NCBI GenBank assembly: GCA_964645535.1 | Contig: CAZYCQ010000043.1 | Span: forward strand, 9,964-29,657 | Direction: 5' to 3' | Length of the DNA stretch: 19,694 nucleotides | Source of the DNA: an uncultured archaeon | Lineage (GTDB): Archaea > Asgardarchaeota > Heimdallarchaeia > Heimdallarchaeales > Kariarchaeaceae | In this document: in pieces, positions 16,548 to 19,694 of the stretch | How the letters are laid out: every line of letters starts with the position of its first letter | How positions within the stretch are numbered: position 1 is the stretch's first letter | Notes under the pieces: model-generated | Seen by the model: only the letters and a program-made list of their open reading frames with translations | What the model was told of the DNA's origin: nothing | The model's database searches: none | Made by a program: the position numbers and the translations under genes

Positions 16548-18563
16548 ATGAGTTTTGACAGAAGGGATCTTTTCGGCGAATTGGCAAACAAGATCGGGGC
16601 GGAAGATATCACTGACCCATTTGAATTGCTAAAAAAAGGAGATGAAGAGGCACAGAAAGGAAATCATGGAAAAGCCAAAGAATTCTATGAAAAAGCCATA
16701 GCTACTGGAAAAGCAAAGGCACAACGGTTCGAAACAAATAACCAGCATCGTTCAGCAGCTGAAATGAATTATGTCCAAGCTCTCGCCAATCTCCGATTAA
16801 ACAATACCGAGGCGGCTATGGCCTTGTATTCAAAGATAGGTACTCAATTGATTCAAGGAGGAAAGAATTACATCGACCTTTACAAAGAATATGAGGATGG
16901 AGTTTTGCTTATCACCCTAGGGGGATTGGTCTATGTACTTCAAGATCGAGTTGCAGAGGCAAAAGAGCTCTATCTTCAAATGATAAATGAAGTTGAACAG
17001 AAAGGCCAGACTGGGGAGATCCAACAAGGTCTTGACCGTTTGAAAGAGATTCTCTGGACTGTTGGATACATTATCAAAGCTATTCAAGATGTCGATCATT
17101 CTGCTCTTCAGAGTGCACAACAACTCATTTCAAAGACTATCCGCCCCAACCTCAAGAAAGCAAAAGTTGCAGGGATGGAACCATTACTAAATGAGATTGT
17201 TTCCTATACCTTGAATTACTTCCAAAGCCAAATCAAATTGCCAAAAATTTCGCTAAGTACTATCATCCCTCCTGAAATGCTTGTCAATTCTATTTTTGAG
17301 GTTCAATTGTCAGCAGTCAACGAGGGTGAGGGTGAAGCTCACTCAATTACCCTTGAATTTGAAATTCCTTCGGATCTTGAACTTGTTGATGGAGCCGCAT
17401 CTGCCACATTTGATAGGCTTTCCAGCGGTGAAAAAATCGAACATAAATTATCCTTGAGATACCAGACAAGTTTGGAAGAAGATCGAACCTTTGACCTTAA
17501 AGCCAAACTTTCGTATAAGGACATGCTCAATAATGAACAGGTTCAGTTTGTTGGTCCAATTTCTCTAGAGGTAACTGCCAAAAGCAAGAAAGACGAATAC
17601 ATGGCTCTATTAACCTCTCTCAAAGAAAAATGGGATGGTATCAAAGAACTTGGTTTTGATGAACTTATTCCTGATGCATTGATTTCAACTGTGGAAACTT
17701 TGATTTCCCAGAAAAGCTCCGATATTGAACAGCTCATTGAAGAGCAGCAATATGTTCAGGCAGATCAAGCTTTGAAAGACCTTGAAACAACCATCAAATG
17801 GTCTGAAGAGGCATTGAGGACTGGAGAAAGCTTTAAGGAACTCCGTGATGCCATTGAAAAATTGAGAAATGAATACGCGGAGACAAAACTTTCTGAAGCA
17901 GAAGAAAAACACAAACAAGAAATTGAAGAAACTATTGATAGGATAAATAAGATAAAAGAAGAGGAAAGGATTCAAGCTCTTCAAGAAAAAGAAGCCGAAT
18001 TGAACAAAAAGTGGGAAAATGAAATTGCCAATTTGAAGAAAAAGCATGAAGATGAAATAAACAACCTAAAGGCCGAACATGAAAAGACCCTGAAACTTAA
18101 ACTTACTGAACTCGAGGAAGCTCTGACAACTCAACATAGACAGCAATTAGATGAGCTTAATACAAAGAATGAACGTGGCATCCGAGAAATACAGGCTGAA
18201 TACCAAGCGGATTTGGAAAAGAAAGTAGAAGAGGCTAGGCAAAATGAAGCTGCCAAATATGAAAAAATGATTGAAGATTTGAAACAAGCCCATGAAGAGG
18301 AATTGCGACAGATCACTGAAAGATTAGAGGAAGAGAAGCAAAACGAGATCCAAAGCTTAGAAGCAAAATTTGAAGTGGAAAAAGAAAACCTACGTCAGCA
18401 ATTGAGAAATGAATTTGAAGAGGAAAAGGCACAGGCCATACAAAAAGCGATAGATGAATTTTCAGAAACGCAACAGCGAAACTTCCAAGCCAAAGAAAGA
18501 GAATATCTTGAAAAAATTGAGGAATTGAACCGTACTATTGCACGACTAGAAAGCCGAGAATAA
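16548..18563 (+). CDS. Large cytoplasmic protein: TPR/SNAP-like helical N-terminus, Ig-like (CARDB/BatD-like) middle domain, long coiled-coil C-terminus
   Basis: KGDEEAQKGNHGKAKEFYEKAI and YVQALANLRLNNTEAAMALY are TPR-like. FEVQLSAVNEGEGEAHSITLEFEIPSDLELVDG...LSSGEK...LSYKD is Ig-like. The last ~250 aa are E/K/Q-rich. No signal peptide or convincing TM. ATG 16548 is preceded by GAGG. Confidence 0.8.
   Translation: MSFDRRDLFGELANKIGAEDITDPFELLKKGDEEAQKGNHGKAKEFYEKAIATGKAKAQRFETNNQHRSAAEMNYVQALANLRLNNTEAAMALYSKIGTQLIQGGKNYIDLYKEYEDGVLLITLGGLVYVLQDRVAEAKELYLQMINEVEQKGQTGEIQQGLDRLKEILWTVGYIIKAIQDVDHSALQSAQQLISKTIRPNLKKAKVAGMEPLLNEIVSYTLNYFQSQIKLPKISLSTIIPPEMLVNSIFEVQLSAVNEGEGEAHSITLEFEIPSDLELVDGAASATFDRLSSGEKIEHKLSLRYQTSLEEDRTFDLKAKLSYKDMLNNEQVQFVGPISLEVTAKSKKDEYMALLTSLKEKWDGIKELGFDELIPDALISTVETLISQKSSDIEQLIEEQQYVQADQALKDLETTIKWSEEALRTGESFKELRDAIEKLRNEYAETKLSEAEEKHKQEIEETIDRINKIKEEERIQALQEKEAELNKKWENEIANLKKKHEDEINNLKAEHEKTLKLKLTELEEALTTQHRQQLDELNTKNERGIREIQAEYQADLEKKVEEARQNEAAKYEKMIEDLKQAHEEELRQITERLEEEKQNEIQSLEAKFEVEKENLRQQLRNEFEEEKAQAIQKAIDEFSETQQRNFQAKEREYLEKIEELNRTIARLESRE
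18006..18071 (+). repeat. Degenerate 33-nt (11-aa) tandem repeat within the coiled coil
   Basis: aaaaagtgggaaaatgaaattgccaatttgaag / aaaaagcatgaagatgaaataaacaacctaaag encode KKWENEIANLK / KKHEDEINNLK. Confidence 0.65.
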
Positions 18564-18601
18564 CCAACACCATTATAAGACCAGAAAGCTAATGTGGCTT
18601 G

Positions 18602-19195
18602 ATGGCTACTGCTTGGAAACCGCAGAACCAAGATTTAAGTGATCTTCCTCCCGTTGCTCAACTGGCATCGGATGATGTAATCCTCTGGAATTATGTTGCA
18701 GGTTCTGCCTTGTATTCCTATGGCTTCTTTGGTAAGGCATTGGGAGAAAGGAAGATCTCTCCAACCTATGTACCACGACCTTTTGTTCTTTCATACTTTG
18801 ATACACTGTACCTTCTTGAACATGGAATTATCCGGTTGGTTGACGATAACGGAAAACTGTTATCTGCGGAAGAGTTCCGGGAATTTGCCAAAGACAGATA
18901 TGAGGATTTCGAAACGAAATACTATTTCTACAGAATTCTCCGAAAAAAACAGTATGTTCCAAGACCTGGGATGAAATTCGGATCTGATTTCATTGTTTAT
19001 TCCAAAGGTCCCGGACTTGAACATTCTGAGTGGGTTTTTCACGTTGAAAAGGAAAACACCCAGATCAGAGCCATTCATGTCGTCCGTGCAGGAAGATTGG
19101 CTGCCTCCGTAAGAAAAAAGTATATGATTGCCGTCAAGGATGAGAAAAACGAAGGAAATCCTAAATTCTACATGTTTGAAAGAATCAAAATCTAG
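18602..19195 (+). CDS. endA: tRNA-intron endonuclease, catalytic (alpha) subunit
   Basis: LS..D.LYL.E.G, Y..LR.K.Y..RPGMKFGSDFIVYSKGPGLEHSEW and RLAASVRKK, with the Tyr-His-Lys catalytic triad present. Confidence 0.95.
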   Translation: MATAWKPQNQDLSDLPPVAQLASDDVILWNYVAGSALYSYGFFGKALGERKISPTYVPRPFVLSYFDTLYLLEHGIIRLVDDNGKLLSAEEFREFAKDRYEDFETKYYFYRILRKKQYVPRPGMKFGSDFIVYSKGPGLEHSEWVFHVEKENTQIRAIHVVRAGRLAASVRKKYMIAVKDEKNEGNPKFYMFERIKI

Positions 19196-19215
19196 ATCCT
19201 ATTTATATACAGGGA

Positions 19216-19227
19216 TTTTTTTTGTTG
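19216..19227 (+). terminator. Oligo-T archaeal terminator candidate
   Basis: TTTTTTTTGTT run about 20 nt after the endA stop. Confidence 0.45.
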
Positions 19228-19281
19228 TCAACCACTTAGTTTTTTATACATTAAAGCTAGAATTATCATGCAGATTGTGCT

Positions 19282-19694
19282 ATGAGTGACCTTGAGAGCT
19301 ACATTGACAGCGTTCTTCAAAACAGCCAAGACTTCCAGAAGCTAAAGAAATTGGCGATTCAGATAAATGATATCGGAAGTCAGGTTGCGGATTTTGTAAC
19401 TACCATTACTCCAACATTACGAGACATCAATAACAGACTGATTGATGCTGAGGAAGAATTTGATGACTTAATCAAGAAATTAGCAAAAACTCCTCCGCAT
19501 CTTATATCATTGCCACCGTTAAAGATTTTAGGAGGTGTCCCAGCTCCTGCCCCCTCTCCCTCTACAATGCAAACACAACCTGCTGGTGCTCCTTCCCAAC
19601 CTGCTTCAATCCCTAATTTGCCGAATCCTGCTGTTGCAGCACCTTCAGGTTCCACTCCAAGAGGTCCCAATCTCGGTGGAGCTCCCAGTGGTGG
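19282..19694 (+). CDS. Hypothetical protein, N-terminal amphipathic helix/coiled coil followed by Pro/Ala/Ser/Gly-rich low-complexity region; runs off the window end
   Basis: Not in the ORF track. Manual translation gives MSDLESYIDSVLQNSQDFQKLKKLAIQINDIGSQVADFVTTITPTLRDINNRLIDAEEEFDDLIKKLAKTPPHLISLPPLKILGGVPAPAPSPSTMQTQPAGAPSQPASIPNLPNPAVAAPSGSTPRGPNLGGAPSG, with no stop. TTTTTATA lies at about 19241-19248. Confidence 0.8.
   Translation, partial: MSDLESYIDSVLQNSQDFQKLKKLAIQINDIGSQVADFVTTITPTLRDINNRLIDAEEEFDDLIKKLAKTPPHLISLPPLKILGGVPAPAPSPSTMQTQPAGAPSQPASIPNLPNPAVAAPSGSTPRGPNLGGAPSG

Noticed and set aside
16548-18563. SMC/Rad50 or chemoreceptor assignment
   Set aside because: No Walker A/B, hinge, zinc hook or MCP signalling motif.
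19380-19670. 96-aa Gly-rich minus-strand ORF
   Set aside because: Antisense mirror of the Pro-rich plus-strand CDS starting at 19282.
1-19694. CRISPR array, IS element or prophage
   Set aside because: No regularly spaced direct repeats, transposase/integrase motifs or terminal inverted repeats detected by eye.

Overview
This is a gene-dense, AT-rich archaeal window. The archaeal call rests on a tRNA-splicing endonuclease, GGTGA ribosome-binding sites and TATA boxes about 25-35 nt before start codons; gene content suggests an Asgard (Heimdall-like) lineage, which is an inference. In order it holds: a heavy-metal P1B-ATPase (truncated) with a CmtR-like ArsR repressor and a palindromic operator; an orphan protein; a high-GC, probably imported ATP-sulfurylase/APS-kinase fusion; a small C2-domain-like protein; a membrane-anchored surface protein; a CpoA/DGS-like GT4 glycosyltransferase; a conserved hypothetical enzyme; an NSAR/OSBS + GNAT + RidA amino-acid cluster interrupted by a TerB-like repeat protein; bacterial-type PlsY; a translationally coupled three-gene operon of two divergent tubulin/FtsZ-superfamily paralogues flanking a polytopic membrane protein (best candidate for an undescribed system); pyruvate kinase; a large helical-repeat/Ig-like/coiled-coil protein; EndA; and the start of a coiled-coil plus proline-rich protein. 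No rRNA, tRNA, CRISPR array or IS element was seen.
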